Shown here: positions 13,471 to 26,043 of the stretch, one piece after another | Layout: each line of letters opens with the position of its first letter | Numbering within the stretch: the stretch's first letter is position 1 | Source: Nemertoderma westbladi | Taxonomy: Eukaryota; Animalia; Xenacoelomorpha | Assembly: GCA_032718475.1 (NCBI GenBank) | Contig: JAUCBJ010007248.1 | Coordinates: forward strand, 1-64,000 | Direction: 5' to 3' | Length of the DNA: 64,000 nucleotides | Translations under genes and position numbers: made by a program | The notes under the pieces: generated by a model | Told to the model about the DNA's origin: nothing | The model's input: the letters and a program-made list of their open reading frames with translations, nothing else | The model's database searches: none

Positions 13471-14109
13471 TGTGTTGTCTCCCTGAGAAGGTTAACAATT
13501 CTAAAAGGGTTTTGTTTGGGGGAGAGTAAAGAAAATGGGGCATGGAATTTTTGGGGGATAATATAAATAACGGTATTTATTACGGACTCTATTTAAAAAT
13601 CTCAATATTTTAGCGGGAAATAATACAGTAAAATAGTAATAAAGGTAATTTAAGCGTTTTTATTTAATTTCTCTATGTAAATAGACTGACCATTGATGAT
13701 GTTACAGTAGAAAATTCCCTCCCTCAATATTTCGACTGCAGGCAGGTGACAGACTAATCAGTTTAATTGAATTATTACTCATTGTTGCTCTGTCTTCATT
13801 GGCGGAAGACATATTTCACGGCTCGGGTCTCTCTGCGAAGTCAGGCTGTGACGCTGATCCCCTCATGGGGGTTTTTGCTTAATATAGTGGTACAGGAGAA
13901 CATTATACTGTACAGTAGATACATTGTGACACAGCTGTAGTTAATTTGGCAGAATGGTTGGTCAGCGTTTCTAAGAGATGGATCTACCGTTTTGTGAAAC
14001 TCACCCCAAGGCACTCAGGACTTAGGCGACGCCCATTCCCACCATTTTCATTCTCATACCTCTGCCATCGGACTATTTAACATACAAACCATTCTAGAAC
14101 ATATTATGT

Positions 14110-14620
14110 ATTTTGTTACATTATTATGACAACTTATCAGCGTTCTGGTGATATCTACGCAACGCAGCGTAGTACTTATTTACAGCATTGCGGCCTATAG
14201 GACGGAACCCTGTAAAGTATTCATAACTTAATAGCAATAAACTCCTAAACGTCTTGACTGTTCTCAGTCTATCGATGAGAGCCATATTGTACTGTAAGTG
14301 TAACATTATTTACGTTACATTTGTTACAATAACTGCAAGCAATTTCTTAAAAAGGATATCAATTTCACTTTTATCACTAGAGAGTGAACATTTCAATATT
14401 TCAATATGATAATTTTAAGCGTTGAAAACGAAGACAAGTTCACATAATGTAACAAAATTACGCACCCAATACATCATTCAGCCATTGTGTGATAAGGGCA
14501 CTGTTCTGTTAACAGCGTTTATATTTATGTAAACCTCACTCGCTCCACTCGCTCGTTACATAAATACACTCGGGTCATAACTCTGAGAAGTGCTAGTTTT
14601 CACACAATCATGTAAATAGT
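14110..14620. repeat. Dispersed repeat, inverted relative of 19285-19915
   Basis: TTTTGTTACATTA..TCAGCGTTCTGGTGA (14111-14151) and CTCGCTCGTTACATAAATACACTCGGGTCATAAC (~14548-14581) match reverse complements at ~19855-19914 and ~19325-19380. Confidence 0.7.
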
Positions 14621-16307
14621 TTTGTATTTCAAGAATATTAGTTAAATAAATGGTTTGGCGCGTCTTCACCCGCGTCCAATCTTCGTCTGATCGGGGGAAA
14701 TGATCAGATTACAGAAACGGCAGGTTACATATGACTTTTTCTAACCAAAACAATAAACAATGTTGCTAATAATCATTTTGATGGCAAAGCTTTCTCCGGC
14801 CGAAGTTTGCTGCGTACCAAATAAATGGCCACACAAAACATCAGAGGAAATGCAATTAATGCCATGCCAATATGCCAGTCAAGTCAGCCTGCACTTTACA
14901 TACATTACTCTTGTATTCTTGTATGCCGCCTTTCCAGCGGCAACAACAAAGCAGCAAAAAGATACCAATATTTCTTGATGTACAAAGGGTGCAATATTGA
15001 GGAGACACTTTTTGCAAACGCTTGCAAAGTAAGTAGTGAGAAAGTTGATTTCTCCCACCTACCGAAAAATTCGAGTGCATACTGCCTATCTATATTTCAA
15101 AGTTTTCCTGATATCATTAAAGATTTGTAAAAAATATAGCTGAGAGGGAGAGAGTTGCCCAGTTAAGGGGCCGCATTCGTAATTACGACTTATCGCTCAA
15201 TTAGGATTCAAAATTTAGTGCTATATTTTTTCACAACTGTGGCTAAGTGATAACCTTGGATACATACCAGAATAACTTTAAAATTATTTATAATGGCCTA
15301 GTCTCTGTATAGTATAGTAGCCTACATTGCGCTACATGAAATGGGAAACTTAAAATTTTCTAGAATAATTGTAGGCTAATTTCATAATGTTCATGGGGAA
15401 TCCTTATAGTATAATTATGTAAAAATGCTGTAGCTAATATTCTAGAAAATTAATACAACTTGACGATTTCAAAAATGCTACAAATTTCCGTACAATATAA
15501 CACAATTTGCGTACTATATAACACAATTTGCGTAAAAAATAAATAACACTTTTAGTACGGGAATTTTGATATATAGGAATTATTACGGGATTTAGGGGAG
15601 ACAACAGGTATTACTAAACATTTAAACGATTTCAATAATAATTACAGAAAAACAACATTTATGTCATAATTATTGCAATGCAACGAAATAAAAACCTCTA
15701 AACTCATATATTTCTTAAACCAGCAATTATTGCTCTATTAGAGTGCAAAATCATTTTTAATCTCTTTGAAAAAAAATGTGTATTTTTTTGACAGCGTTTT
15801 TGAATGAGAAAAAATAATAAGATTATATAAAATTGTAAGTGGAGTGAATAACATTGTTATATTCCGAGCAGAATGAGCCCAAAGGCGAAAAAACACACGG
15901 GGCGCATTCGACATAGACAACCATTAGCAGAAATGGGAGATAACGATTTTTACGACCAAAGTTCACATGAGTCATTTTTATCTGATCATTTTGCTGAGAG
16001 TATTGTTTGTAAGTAAGGAGATGGGAAATAAAGGAAGGAATTATAGGAAAGGAAGGCGTATTATTTAACATGCGTTGGGCTGTTTGTTTTGTAAATTTGG
16101 ATTCAGTTGTTAAATTACACATTGACTCTAAAATCAGGTAAACGGTTAGTTAATAGGCGATAGCTGTGAAAATTATATTTAGATTTTAATATGTTTCTTA
16201 ATAATTTATTTCAGCCACATTACCGATATAATTCAATAAATATATTGATACATCTATATTGAACTTTCAAACTATTCCTGCACCCAGGAAAAATAAACTA
16301 AGATTAA

Positions 16308-16722
16308 CACTTTGACTGTCTTTGATGCACCGATATGTCAAACGGTAGACAATAGATTGTGTCATGACACATATATCCGTCATTAATTCAAACTGGGATG
16401 TAGAAGAAATGTTAGGTGATTTATTAAAATTTCATGTGCCATCTTGTGAACAGATCCCAAACTCATTTTGTGACATCATCCATGACGCATATATGCGTCA
16501 TGGATGATGTCACAAAATGAGTTTGGGATCTGTTCACAAGGTGGCACATGAAATTTTAACAAATCAAAATCAAAATAATGTCTTAAAAAAAATATAAAAA
16601 ATATACCGAGATTCCAGAATAAAGGTGAATATAGCACTCAAAGTGAATGAAATCCTCATAATTTATAAATATTAGCGTGACAATTTGTGAGATTCCATAC
16701 ATTTAAAGTGACAGTCAAAGTG
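16308..16722. mobile_element. piggyBac-like MITE containing a ~150-bp near-perfect palindrome (16417-16567)
   Basis: TTAA-CACTTTGACTGTC ... GACAGTCAAAGTG-TTAA; internal palindrome centred on GCATATATGC. Confidence 0.85.
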
Positions 16723-16799
16723 TTAAACAGTTATTAGGCCTGCTGGTCAGGCCAGGCTATACAGTTTTATTAGATAACTAAACAATCACGAGACTCCCC

Positions 16800-18077
16800 T
16801 TAGTTTGTAGGTACTTCTTTCCCGAGTCGTTTGAGACAACGAATGTGTGACTTTAGAATATCCGTGAAAGTGGGAAACTCATAGTAGGGGATATTGAACT
16901 GGCGACATGTCGGTTTAACCACAAACCGTGAGAGAGCGGGGTAATGGATGTGTGCAACACCCGGGAAGAGGTGGTGTTCAATCTGGCAGTTTAACCCGCC
17001 CGACGCCCAGTTCCATGTACGCGATGTGGAGGCCCAGTTGGTCGAGGTGCGACATTGGATCTCCCTCCAATCCATCGTGTCGCAGACATCGGCCTCGCAT
17101 AACATGTTGTTGTGGGAGACGCCGAATAGCGTGGCGAGGTATAGTCCGCCGCTTAGCATTGTAGGCAAGTAGAACCAGCAGAGTGCTGAGACAAAACTTC
17201 CCAATGCATACATCGGTACTAAAAAATATATATAGACATAAAGGCCTATAAAAAACCAAAACTGAAACTTGTCTCGCAGTGTAAGAGGATGAATAAGTAT
17301 TCCTTTAACGCTACCCTTTAGGTAGGATTGTATGTCGCCTATCGGCTGGCCTATACCTATAAGAGAATACAGACCGAAAACGTAGATGTGTTGGTACCGC
17401 ATGTAAGAATAGAAGGGCATGTTAGAGTGGAATCGTATAGCGGGAAGCCCAGACGATGTGTCGCAATCCTTATCCGTGTCGTTGCAGTAAACGTGATGAT
17501 TGTAGGTGTGTTTGTGTCGCCAAATCAGGGACGATCCGCCAATCAACTCGTCGGCGAAACCAACCACGCGGTTCACCATTGGTCGAGATGAGAAGGCCCC
17601 GTGATTGGCATCATGTTGAATAGCCAATCCCATGATGGCGAGCAGGACACCAAATGGTAATGTAAATAACCAATGGGTATACAGAGATGCTACGTAGCAA
17701 CAGCAGACAGCCAATAGCAATGCAATAGATTTTCCTATCATCCCACCTTTTCGCGGTTTCGTTTGAATATTGTTATCTCCACCAGATGAATCTAATCTTC
17801 CATTGAAGTAATCCACAGCTCGCTGATGTAGAACCTTACTGAACTCTGAGTTATACACGTATTTAGAACTATAGCTTTCGCAAAGTTCCGCAGGACCCTG
17901 TTTATATTTTTCCAAAACTCGTAACATTTTATCTAAACCGAACTGGTGGTAGGAGTGTATGAGGGCTGTCGAATCTCTGTGGTAGGCCAGACGGATAAGG
18001 TCCGGTCCACCAGGATGTTTGTTGATGAAGGAATCCGGAATGTGGTATGCATTGCCTTCAAATATAGTCCAGAACAT
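16800..18077 (-). CDS. Front-end fatty acid desaturase (cytochrome b5 fusion; delta-4/delta-5-like), no introns in the visible CDS, 425 aa
   Basis: HPGG haem-binding motif; His boxes HDANH, HTYNHH and QIEHHLFP; membrane-spanning hydrophobic blocks; intact ORF. Regiospecificity is inferred only. Confidence 0.93.
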   Translation of the reverse strand: MFWTIFEGNAYHIPDSFINKHPGGPDLIRLAYHRDSTALIHSYHQFGLDKMLRVLEKYKQGPAELCESYSSKYVYNSEFSKVLHQRAVDYFNGRLDSSGGDNNIQTKPRKGGMIGKSIALLLAVCCCYVASLYTHWLFTLPFGVLLAIMGLAIQHDANHGAFSSRPMVNRVVGFADELIGGSSLIWRHKHTYNHHVYCNDTDKDCDTSSGLPAIRFHSNMPFYSYMRYQHIYVFGLYSLIGIGQPIGDIQSYLKGSVKGILIHPLTLRDKFQFWFFIGLYVYIYFLVPMYALGSFVSALCWFYLPTMLSGGLYLATLFGVSHNNMLCEADVCDTMDWREIQCRTSTNWASTSRTWNWASGGLNCQIEHHLFPGVAHIHYPALSRFVVKPTCRQFNIPYYEFPTFTDILKSHIRCLKRLGKEVPTN

Positions 18078-18183
18078 CTTTAATGAATTATAATATCCAA
18101 AGTAAACAATAAAATATTATCCGGAAACGGAAATACTCAAATCTTTATTATTATTTACTCTATCGCAAGTAATAAGGTAACAG

Positions 18184-18843
18184 TTCCGTATAGCACTATA
18201 TTTTTATAACATAAATCATTGTTACCATGGCAACATTGTAGAGTTCTAGAACAAAATATTAATATTATACACTATTCTAGAACATAAATAAAATGAAAAA
18301 TATAATGTTCTGGAACATATAACTAGTTATTTTTCAAATTTAAAATTGCTAGTAATTAAAAAGTTTTTAAAAAGTTATTGAGGTGCTAAATGCACAGAAG
18401 TCAAATTAAGGCAATTAAAAGATACGTGCGGAGAAAAATAAGAAGGAATAGACGACGCCATGGCTTTGTGAGGAGTGCATTCACTATGAAGATAAATTCT
18501 GACAGAAACTGACAGAATACATGAGGGTGGAAGTAACAAATAAGAATAGGATAATTAAACGGTTTCCATGATATATTAAGGCCAACAAAATCCAATACCC
18601 AATTGATAATAAATAAATTAATTAGTTACATCGGTATATAGAAACTCTACAAACAATATTAATTTAAATGTATTCAGGGATTTATTTAAAAATAATTTTT
18701 TTTTAATTTTCCAACTATTTTAAAATCAAAAAAACCAGCTACATGTTCTAGAACATTATATTTTTCATTTTATTGTTCTAGAACTCTTCAACGTTGTCAT
18801 ATTAACAATGATATATGTTTTAAAAATGTAGTGCTATACGGAA
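18184..18843. mobile_element. MITE with ~150-bp imperfect TIRs just upstream of the desaturase
   Basis: TTCCGTATAGCACTA...GTTCTAGAACA...ATAAAATGAAAAATATAATGTTCT mirrored at ~18735-18843. Confidence 0.75.
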
Positions 18844-19284
18844 TTCTAGCCATTAATAAATTATTAAATTTTTGTCAGAAATGTATAAATGAAAATTATC
18901 AGCTAAGTTTACAATGAAAATATTGTCAAGAAAAAAACCTGAAAAATGCGGGTTTTTTCACAATAGCAGATTTGGCATATAAATTGATATAATTGTTAAT
19001 GAAAATCTAATTTGTTATATTCGGCAATATGGTCGACAATGTAGCTACAATTTAATGTCGTTATAAAATGGAATAGATCGTGGGTCGTGTAACTAAATTT
19101 AGTTGCGAAATCTGAGTTATGGGCATTCGAATGTTTGTATTCTATTTAATACACATTTACACATACACATTTAATACACAACATTCTGGAACATTTTGTT
19201 TATCACGTAAGTTAGTAGCTGGGCAACAATGCAATGCCTAAATAATAGTACGTAGATATTCTTACATAAACAAAATGATCTAAT

Positions 19285-19915
19285 AACTATGTACATCATT
19301 GTGTGCAAAGTAGCACTTTGCAGCGTTATGACCCGAGTTTATTTATGTACCGAGCGAGAGCAGCGAGGGAGGTTTACATAAAGAAACTATCGGCAGGTTC
19401 GGTAGGCCTATGTGAATAAAGGATTTTATGGATGCTCATTTGAACATTTTAATCATGTACTATATCGAATATAAGAGTAATTTATTAACAGGTACACTGG
19501 TACACAGTATTAATTATACATTTAAATCTAATTAATGTTTGTTGGAAGTTATCTCCTGCATGGATGTGATAAATCATTACTCCATCTTGACTATAGTCGA
19601 CTGAAGCAAACTCAGTCACCGTCTGTGTCCGTTCAGTTTTACTGAACACTGTCGCCATTTTCTTTGGTCATTTTAGTATCTTCTATTAGACGTTTCGCCA
19701 TAATGGATTACAGTACACGTTAAACAATTATTTACATACAGTAGCTAGTCCGGTCGCTGCAAACTGGATAATAAAGCAGCACGCATTTATATAAATGGAA
19801 ATAATACATTCTGGAAAACGGTAATTAATTGAAGTTGTTTCCATGTCATTGAATACTTTGCAGCGTTACGAGTAATTCACCAGAACGCTGAAAAGTTGAC
19901 ATAATGTAACAAAAC
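19285..19915. repeat. Dispersed repeat, inverted relative of 14110-14620
   Basis: Reverse-complement similarity at both ends to 14110-14620. Confidence 0.7.
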
Positions 19916-21141
19916 ATTTTTACTACATTTATTAAATATCATAAATGGCCTTTAATAGAACCAAATACATGCAACTATCGAATGCCCATACTGTATATCA
20001 GCTGTATTTCAACCATATTTAAATGTTTCAACGTACCGGTACGTACAGTAATTTGGAATCGTTGCACGGCCAGCTTTCAATAATTGGTAGGCCTACCAAC
20101 AAATCACAAATGGTTTAACCCTTATCTGGCCCGGGCTATTTTACAACGTAATTGGACCGGGGGGGGGGGGGGGGGGGGGGGGGGTTATTTTATAATTTTT
20201 TTTAGATCAAAATCAAAAAAAGGCTCAAAATTTACAATTGTGATGATACAGTACTGTATAAGGGTTTTCGATAAAACTTGTTAAAACCATTTTCTGGCAA
20301 GGCAACCATCATTTTCGGTTTTGTACCGGTACTATGCGAGCGCACTGGGAAATGTTTCAATAAATAAACGCGGATCTCTAACGTTGAACAGTGAGTGACT
20401 TTTTTATACAACTACTGTATTTACATGTTTTTGTTATTATTAACGATATTTGATCAGCTATGAAGGTTATTATAAAGTAGGCCTATTAAAAATTATAAAT
20501 TGAAAATTATATCATTTAATTTGGAGGTAGGCCTATAAATATATTGATTCTAAATGCAGCAATACTGTACTTTTGTATGAAATACAAAATACAGAAATAT
20601 ATTTCAACGGCAGATCGCAGCCGTTATCAATAACAGCTAACCGGTAGCGGTAAATTCTGTAGCCTAAATATAAATTCAAATACAGTTTATAATCGTGATA
20701 ATATTGAACATTGCAGAAAATAACTTAAACTACAAATTCAATTATTAATATTAGGCCCTTACACCAAATAAACAAGCGAATGAAATCACCTAACTACATA
20801 CAGTAAACCTCATCGTACAGCGCACACCATATACAGTAGTATACAGTATAATTAACAATACCCTCCCCCACCCCCCCCCCCCCCCCCCACACACACACAC
20901 CCAATTCTTACATAGAAAGTCAGTCATTAATTTCATATATTTAATGTTGCGGATTGACGTCGAGCGTGGCGTGAGCATCGAGCAATAAACTAACAGGTTT
21001 CAGTTGAGGTAGAATACTTTAGCGCAGGAAAAATTAATAAGATCTAAATTTAGTGACTATATGTTGAGCCTCCAGGGGGCTGGAGGGAAGAAATGGGGTG
21101 AGGGTCTTGCCACGTACTGTAAATAAATAAAAAAGTTTATG

Positions 21142-21182
21142 TCCGATGCGCATTTCGCCCGTTTCGGGTGTCTTCAGTGGAA
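21142..21182 (-). ncRNA. Minimal hammerhead-ribozyme-like motif (copy 1)
   Basis: Minus strand TCC-A-CTGAAGA-CA-CCCG-AAA-CGGG-C-GAAA-TGCGCA-TC-GGA: CUGANGA and GAAA boxes, stem II, palindromic stem III, short stem I; core has extra bases. Confidence 0.6.
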
Positions 21183-21386
21183 TATATTAAACATTAAAAT
21201 AACCAAATGAAGTAAAATTCAAGGTAAATTTACAAATAAAACGAATTTATCAGCTGCTTAAATTACTTAGTAATAAATCAATATTTAATACTACTTTAAC
21301 TATAATTACGCGTTCTGCCCATAGTCGTTTTATTTGTAAATTTACTTTGAATTTTATTTAATTTGGTTATTTTAATGTTTAATATA

Positions 21387-21427
21387 TTCCGCTGAAGACA
21401 CTCGAAACGGGCGAAATGCGCATCGGA
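21387..21427 (+). ncRNA. Minimal hammerhead-ribozyme-like motif (copy 2)
   Basis: TCC-G-CTGAAGA-CA-CTCG-AAA-CGGG-C-GAAA-TGCGCA-TC-GGA; the C>T change leaves a U-G wobble in stem II. Confidence 0.6.
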
Positions 21428-21669
21428 CATAAACTCTTTTATTTATATACATGGCAACATACCGGTACTCATCCCAGTTCTTCCCTCCAGCCCCCTGGAG
21501 GCTCAACATACTGTTAAGTCATTAAATTTAGATCTTATTAATTTTTCCTGCACTAAATTATTCTACCTCAACTGAAACCTGTTAGTTTATTGCTCGATGT
21601 CCTAAATTCTTTATACTGTATATAAACTCCCGAGAACTTAAAGGGGGTACTGTACAAACCCTACCATAA

Positions 21670-22255
21670 CCCTTAATACCACAACCATTTTTAGGGGGTC
21701 GGAGACCCCCCCCCCCCCCCTAATTTTTTTCCAATTTCAATAAAATGCTACAAAATTCGGTATGATGATAGATCGACACCTTTTCTTACTGGTGGCCTGG
21801 CCGGATTTTTCAACTTCTCAGTTATATCCATACATCAAGCCCTAAAATGTCTATTTAGCAATGTTTAACCACCTCCATAGACTTTATTTTTCGTCTTTGG
21901 AATGTAAGATTATGTAGATTCATCTGGATATCATTAGAACCGCTTTCATCTGCAGATTCAGAATCAGAAAACAGTTTTAAATATCACCAATCTCTTCCGG
22001 AGATATTATCAAAATTCAAATGTAGGCCTATACATTTTGACACGTAAATCGCTATAATTCTAATTTTTTTTTACTCAGTTCTACAGTATGTACTGTAGAA
22101 TATTAATTATGCATAATGATGAAACAAGATGTAGAGTTTTCAACAATCAGCTAAATAATAATTTATATTCTAGAATAAAGACAAAAAATCATCATAATTA
22201 TAGCGATTTACGTCTCAAAATTTAGGGGGCTCCGACCCCCTAAAAATATTAAGGG
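21670..22255. mobile_element. piggyBac-like MITE
   Basis: CCCTTAATA..TTTTTAGGGGGTCGGAG at left, CTCCGACCCCCTAAAAATATTAAGGG at right; flanks ATAA/TTAT rather than perfect TTAA. Confidence 0.65.
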
Positions 22256-23209
22256 TTATGGTGTACATATTATACACACCATGACCCGTAATATAGTGTT
22301 ATGTTCTGATGACACGGACCCCCCCCCCCCCCCCCCCAGACTTTAAATGAAATTAATGGCCTGCAGCGAACAATAATTCTTGCAATCTTTGAATGTCTAT
22401 TTCTCAGCTGTTTCTAAACGAAACTCAGACATTATTACATATTTTGAATCCTTGTTTACGATTAGAAACAAAAACAGTGTCAACATCGTCAGTAGTACAA
22501 TGATATCCAAATAACAGTCTGAATGCAATATTGTAAGCAATCTTTACTTTATATAGAAAGAGAAGCACAATATAAAGTATTAGTTAATTTTGTTTATTTC
22601 TAAATTGTATTTGTCAAATTAATTTTAATTTTAGTTAGATATACAGTAGCTAATGTCTGTCCTTCAGATATACTGTACAAATTAACTGTATACATTAACA
22701 TCCTAAAAAATGAAATATTTTTTAGCGTTTTATTGTATCAAACTAAAGTCCAGTGTATGCTTGTGCTCTAACAGCATAGTGGTATTGTGTGCAGTTCTGT
22801 TCACTGTAACTTAGGAATATAAAGAGTGCGGTTGTTACTGTTACACGCTGCGGTAGCTAGGCCTACTGTGGGTTACTTGGATCGAATAATTCTGCCACAA
22901 CTACCATCGGCATAGATTCCCGCAGCGTGCAACTCAGTTTACGTTGACGTCTCCATGGTTACCACGGGGCAGACATTCTGCAAATCGCATCAAACCACCC
23001 CAACAGATCCAAATAATAACAGCTGCCAGTGTGATGTAGCAAATTGATTAACATACAGTAGTTACATGCGTTCAGTGTGATGTAGCTAAGAGATTACATA
23101 CAGTAGTTATATGTTATATGCGTTCAGAGATAGAAGCTTGGCGTGAATCATCAAAACTATTAGTATAATGATTATACTGCAGTTCAATTCACCATCGCGA
23201 AACATTTAA

Positions 23210-24117
23210 CCCTATTAAACCCGGGGGGTGGGTCAATATGATCCCATTATTATAATTCTGAAACAAACGCAGTTGGGAAGCTGAAACTTTATGAATTTTT
23301 CTAAAAATATATTGTCTTCGTAGTAGTGAAAACCGTTTTCAAAAATATTGGGTAGTTTTCGAGTTACAGCACTATTTTTTAACCCTACTTTTTTTGAGAC
23401 GTTTTTTGAATATTACATTTCATTAAATATGAATTGAAACATCTCTATTTTAGATTTACACCGGTTTTTTGGTGTTAGCAATTGGACAGAATTCATATAA
23501 ATTGATTTAGAAATTTCAAACTTGTTTTTTTCGGCGGGTACCAAATGTTGGTGCCAGCACCAAATTTTGAAATATGTCAATTTTGTAAATTGATTGTTTG
23601 AAACTTGTTTTTTACGCAATTGGGGTTTTTTGGGGTTCTGGTTTCGATGGAATATATACGATTTGAACCAAGCGTATCAAACTTGTATTTTTCGGTGCTG
23701 TATGCAAATTTTGGTGCTAGCCATGACCTACTATACAGTAACAGTATAACTGTTATACTGTAGTAGGTCATGGCTAGCGCGAAATTTTGAAAATACATTC
23801 AATAGATAAAATTGCTTGTGACAATTTATTTCTTGCGTTTTAGAGGTTTATGGCTGTTCTGAATTTAATGGAATATATAATTATCGAACTAGACATCTCA
23901 AACTTGTAGTTTTCGGAAGTGGGTGCAAAATGTGGTGCTAGCACCAAATTTTGGAAAATAAGCAAATTTATCAGTAGATAGTACCATCTTGTTTCTTGCG
24001 TTATTCGGGTTTCTGAGGGTCCTGAATCCGATTGAATCAACCGGGGGGGGGGGGGGGGGGGGTCAATATGACCCCCCCGGTATTTGTACACCATTTTATA
24101 GCCCGGTACTAATAGGG
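23210..24117. mobile_element. piggyBac-like MITE (shorter relative of 45752-47310, opposite orientation)
   Basis: TTAA-CCCTATTA ... TAATAGGG-TTAA; internal GCACCAAATTTT repeats shared with the 45.7-47.3 kb copy. Confidence 0.88.
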
Positions 24118-24237
24118 TTAACACCCCCCCTCCCCCCACCGAACTACAGGTAACCCGAACGCTTAGCTATTTTAGGATCATGGATGGCGGGATGGCGCCC
24201 ATGGCAGGATGGCGCCCCACACTAACTCTCAAGGCTC

Positions 24238-26043
24238 TACTACTACTACTAGGATCGGCATGCTGCATTGCAGCTGCATTTTTAAGAATGCTGTGCCGGC
24301 TTGTCAACAAAATTGCACCGCCACAACTCCCTATCACCCATGACATTTGCTAGATCATCCGCATCTTTAAGGCCAGTGTCCTTTAAGATGCGTCTCAAGA
24401 AAGTCATGGGCTGTCCACCATGCTTATTCACTCCATGAGGCTGCCAAAGTACAAGATTATGCACTGGCTGGTCCTCACGGCGAAAGCAATGTCCTGCAAA
24501 ACGGAGGCGATTTTATTCTAGTGTCAAGCTTGGGGGAACCAATGAGACACCTCCAATGTTATATAGTGTCTGGTTGGAGATGTGTGCATTGTACTTGACA
24601 CAATGTACCCGGCGTAGCATTCTTGTGAATGTGCCATCCAGAGATTTGGTGTCATCAGCAGTTAGAGCCCAGCATGGACTCCCGTAGAGGAGTACTGGAA
24701 CTATTGCTGCTCTAAATAATCGGACCTTAAGTTTCCGATTAATTCTCGGTGACTTCAAAATCCTGGAAAGCCTATTCAAGGCTGCCCATGCCTTTCCCTT
24801 ACGTATTCGAAGGTCCTCACCTGACTTCCGGATCCATGATCCCAGGTAACAGAAGTCGTCCACATGCTCAAGCATACCATCCTTTGAGCTTATGCTCATC
24901 CGATCAGAGACTTGCTGAGGACTTTCAAAGTTAACTGTCAGAATTTTGGTCTTTCTGGAGTTAATAAAAAGACCAACACTAGAAGCAGCATGTTCTAATG
25001 AGCTGAGGAGCCGTTGGGCTCCCTCTAATGATTCTGAGAGTACTCCTAAGTCATCAGCAAAGTCTAGATCAGTTAGGTACTTGGCAGGATTTCCTCGACT
25101 TCTGGAGCCAGTAGGTGGAGTTATCATCACCCCATCATCATTATAATGATCTAAGGACATGCGTAGAACATAGTCAACCACAATAATGAACAAGAATGGT
25201 GCAAGTGTGTCTCCTTGGAGGACGCCCCATAACACTTCAAATGGTTCTGTGTCACCGTCAACAGTAGACACAAATGTTGTCGAACCATCGTATACTGATC
25301 TGATTGCTGCAATAATTTCATCAGGAATCCCATATAATGAAAGTATGCTGAACATACGTGAGCGAGAGACTGAATCAAAGGCCTTGAAGAAGTCAACAAA
25401 GATAACAGCCAGATGCCTGTCTTTCTTTTTTGATAACTCTTCAATTATCCTTCTAAGTGCCAAAATTGACTCCATGGTCCCACGACCTTTACGGAACCCA
25501 TTCTGATTTCCACGGAGCAGTCTCTCAATAGGATCCCTGATGCGATTTAATAGAATCCTATTGTATAGCTTTGCAGCAATCGAGATCAATGAGATTCCCC
25601 GAAAAGAACCATAGAGTGTTAGGTTGCCCTTCTTGGGAACTGGCACCAACTTATTTGTTTTCATTTCCTGTGGGACTCTTGTTGTTCGGTACATGTCTAC
25701 TATGATGGGATAGATGAGCTTTAGACACTGAGGTATTTTAAAGACCTCAGGGGGAACACCATCTACTCCACTGGCACGATTGGTCTTAAATGCTCTTTGC
25801 AGCAGCCTTCACTTCTGCAAAGGAGATATCGCCAATGGGAATATCTGGGAGTACCGACTCAGACACTTTCACTTCTATAAAGTTATCAGGCAATACCCTG
25901 TCATTATTGAGGAGCTTTTCAAAGTGGGCTTTCCAACCATTGAGGCGATCGGCTGGTGATTCAGCCTTAACCTTGGTGGTTGGTTGGCTTTTCCGCCCAG
26001 TAAGCAGATTGATCGATTTCCATGCCTGGGTCTCAAGGCTCAA
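24238..26043 (-). mobile_element. 5'-truncated RTE-like non-LTR retrotransposon (RT ORF 24513-25694, disrupted)
   Basis: RT motifs [50 protein letters not shown]; in-frame stop before NRLRFAGHC; short (TAG)n 3' tail at ~24238-24251. Confidence 0.92.

Larger units (their letters stand above)
20976..21599. mobile_element. Inverted pair of ~270-bp repeats, probable Penelope-like retroelement pseudo-LTRs
   Basis: 20976-21244 is the reverse complement of 21324-21599; each arm carries a hammerhead-like core. Confidence 0.7.

Noticed and set aside
13473-15606. Possible TGTTGTCTCCC...GGGAGACAACA TIR pair (Ginger-like)
   Set aside because: Only 11 bp, no matching TSD, no coding remnant.
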